From Gordius albopunctatus (lineage: Eukaryota): a stretch of 64,000 bases of DNA. Position numbers and translations under genes: made by a program. The stretch covers positions 7,440,001 through 7,504,000 of the forward strand of contig OZ193909.1 of the NCBI GenBank assembly GCA_964276515.1, read 5' to 3'. The notes beneath the pieces are model-generated. The model searched no databases. It was not told where the DNA came from and worked only from the letters and a program-made list of their open reading frames with translations. Shown here piece after piece: positions 62,716-64,000 of this stretch (positions are counted from its first letter, which is position 1; every line of letters begins with the position of its first letter).

Positions 62716-63174
62716 CCTCCCTTTTCTTCAGGGATCACGTCTCGGGGGGGGGGGTCTTCTGGTTGAGTGTTCACGGTGGTTGGAACAAGTGGTTGGATAG
62801 GTGGGTGGAACAGGTGGTTGGGTCAAGTGGTTGGGATCTTCCAATTTCGGTCGTTCGTTTTCTGGTCCTTGTTTAAGGTTTCCTGTTGATATTTTGTTCC
62901 TTTCGATGGTCATCGTAGTACGTCACCTATTATAAAATATAAATGCTGCCCGATCCCTAATACAGGATCAGTAGCCATATTCACCTCTACATCAACACCC
63001 TTCTACGTTATAACAACTTTTATTTCCAATCAACACACCAAATTTTCATATTGATATATGGGGAATAATTCTATAAATGACACAGCACACAGGGGATAAT
63101 TTATATCAATAACAGGTCAATCGGGTACATAAATTATATACATCATAGGGCAATTGTCCCTCAAGAGTGGCTTT

Positions 63175-63549
63175 TCACTCCTTCCCTTCTTCCAGTTTGA
63201 AACTCTTTAACCTTTCTCCAATTTCTTCCCACACGTTTGTTGGGGGTCTAGCGTTCGTCTGGGTTTCTACATCCGTCTGGGTCCCTACACTTTTAAAGTT
63301 GTCTTTCTTCTTCGCCTTCTTCACCTTTTCCCTCGTCCATTTCTTCTTAATCCCTCTCGTGGTACACTTTCTTCCCCTGCTCCTCCAGGGGCACGTCTGC
63401 CAGCGATGAGTTCCTCGCTCATCACATATATAACAAATTATTCCTTCGACCTGCACTTCCGACCCATAGTAACACTGCCACGTTCTATGGCTGTCATACT
63501 GCCAGCACACCTTACATTGGAGCTGTAATAAAATAGATTTCCTTAGTCC
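63175..63549 (-). CDS. Accessory Gypsy ORF with two CCHC zinc knuckles, in frame with pol after a single TAG
   Basis: Open frame from 63549 to TGA at 63175-63177: GLRKSILLQLQCKVCWQYDSHRTWQC..ICYICDERGTHRWQTCPW..KKAKKKDNFKSVGTQTDVETQT.. Confidence 0.6.
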   Translation of the reverse strand, partial: GLRKSILLQLQCKVCWQYDSHRTWQCYYGSEVQVEGIICYICDERGTHRWQTCPWRSRGRKCTTRGIKKKWTREKVKKAKKKDNFKSVGTQTDVETQTNARPPTNVWEEIGERLKSFKLEEGKE

Positions 63550-64000
63550 CTACTGGTCTCGTCGCCGTAACTGGTCAATATGCCTCCAAAATTCCTTACC
63601 GTCTTCTATCGTCACTCGACACCTTACCCCTCCTTCTACGGCGATCACTAACCCCTTTACCCACTTACTCGGACCTTGATACATTTTAACCCAAATCGTA
63701 TCCCCTAATTTAAAGCGGGCTGCCCTCCCTAAATAACTCCTTCCCTCTACCCTTCTCAACTCGTCTAGCAATACCCTCCCTCGTCGTCCCAAGAATCTCG
63801 ATGACGGGGACTGGCCATCTCCTTCCTTCGCGTTATTATACATTAACTTCATCGGCCACTGCTCGGATGTCCCCCTTTTCTCCTTAAGAATCCACCCTTT
63901 AACTACTCCCACCATTCTTTCCACCTGCCCGTTGGAACTGGGATGATAGGGTGGGGTGATAATATGTTCTATCCCTTGACTTCCACAAAATTCTTTAAAC
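63550..64000 (-). mobile_element. Gypsy (Mag/K02A2.6-like) pol, integrase C-terminal region; continues beyond the window
   Basis: FKEFCGSQGIEHIITPPYHPSSNGQVERMV (integrase E motif) ... GQSPSSRFLGR ... FKLGDTIWVK..PSKWVKGLVI..WRHIDQLRRR. Confidence 0.9.

Overview
AT-rich, intron-containing animal (invertebrate-type) genomic DNA; the species cannot be identified from the window. Six host genes are reconstructable. (1) 3' half of 53BP1, tandem BRCT (+). (2) A complete but very divergent IFT140 (-), tail-to-tail with 53BP1. (3) A secreted single-domain ACE/peptidase-M2 homologue whose HEXXH motif is degenerate, a probable pseudo-enzyme (-). (4) ORC2 (+). (5) MYG1 (-). (6) An intronless, divergent class-A GPCR (+). 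Many introns are only 35-48 nt. The rest is dense, nested transposon DNA: hAT MITEs with 8-bp TSDs, a decayed hAT transposon interrupted by a solo-LTR-like insert, PIF/Harbinger-like MITEs, a non-autonomous Helitron family with a (TATG)n seed, DINE-1-like Helentron elements with internal tandem arrays and Pol III B-boxes, tRNA-derived SINEs, a near-full-length RTE LINE, and the 3' end of a Gypsy element. Most notable observations: a Gypsy ORF in frame with pol behind a single TAG, encoding two CCHC knuckles and tandem LC8-type TQT motifs; the ACE pseudo-enzyme; a ~116-aa symmetric exon inserted in IFT140; and sharp CpG depletion over the 5' parts of housekeeping genes. Protein identities come from recalled motif similarity and counts were made by eye; no database searches were run.
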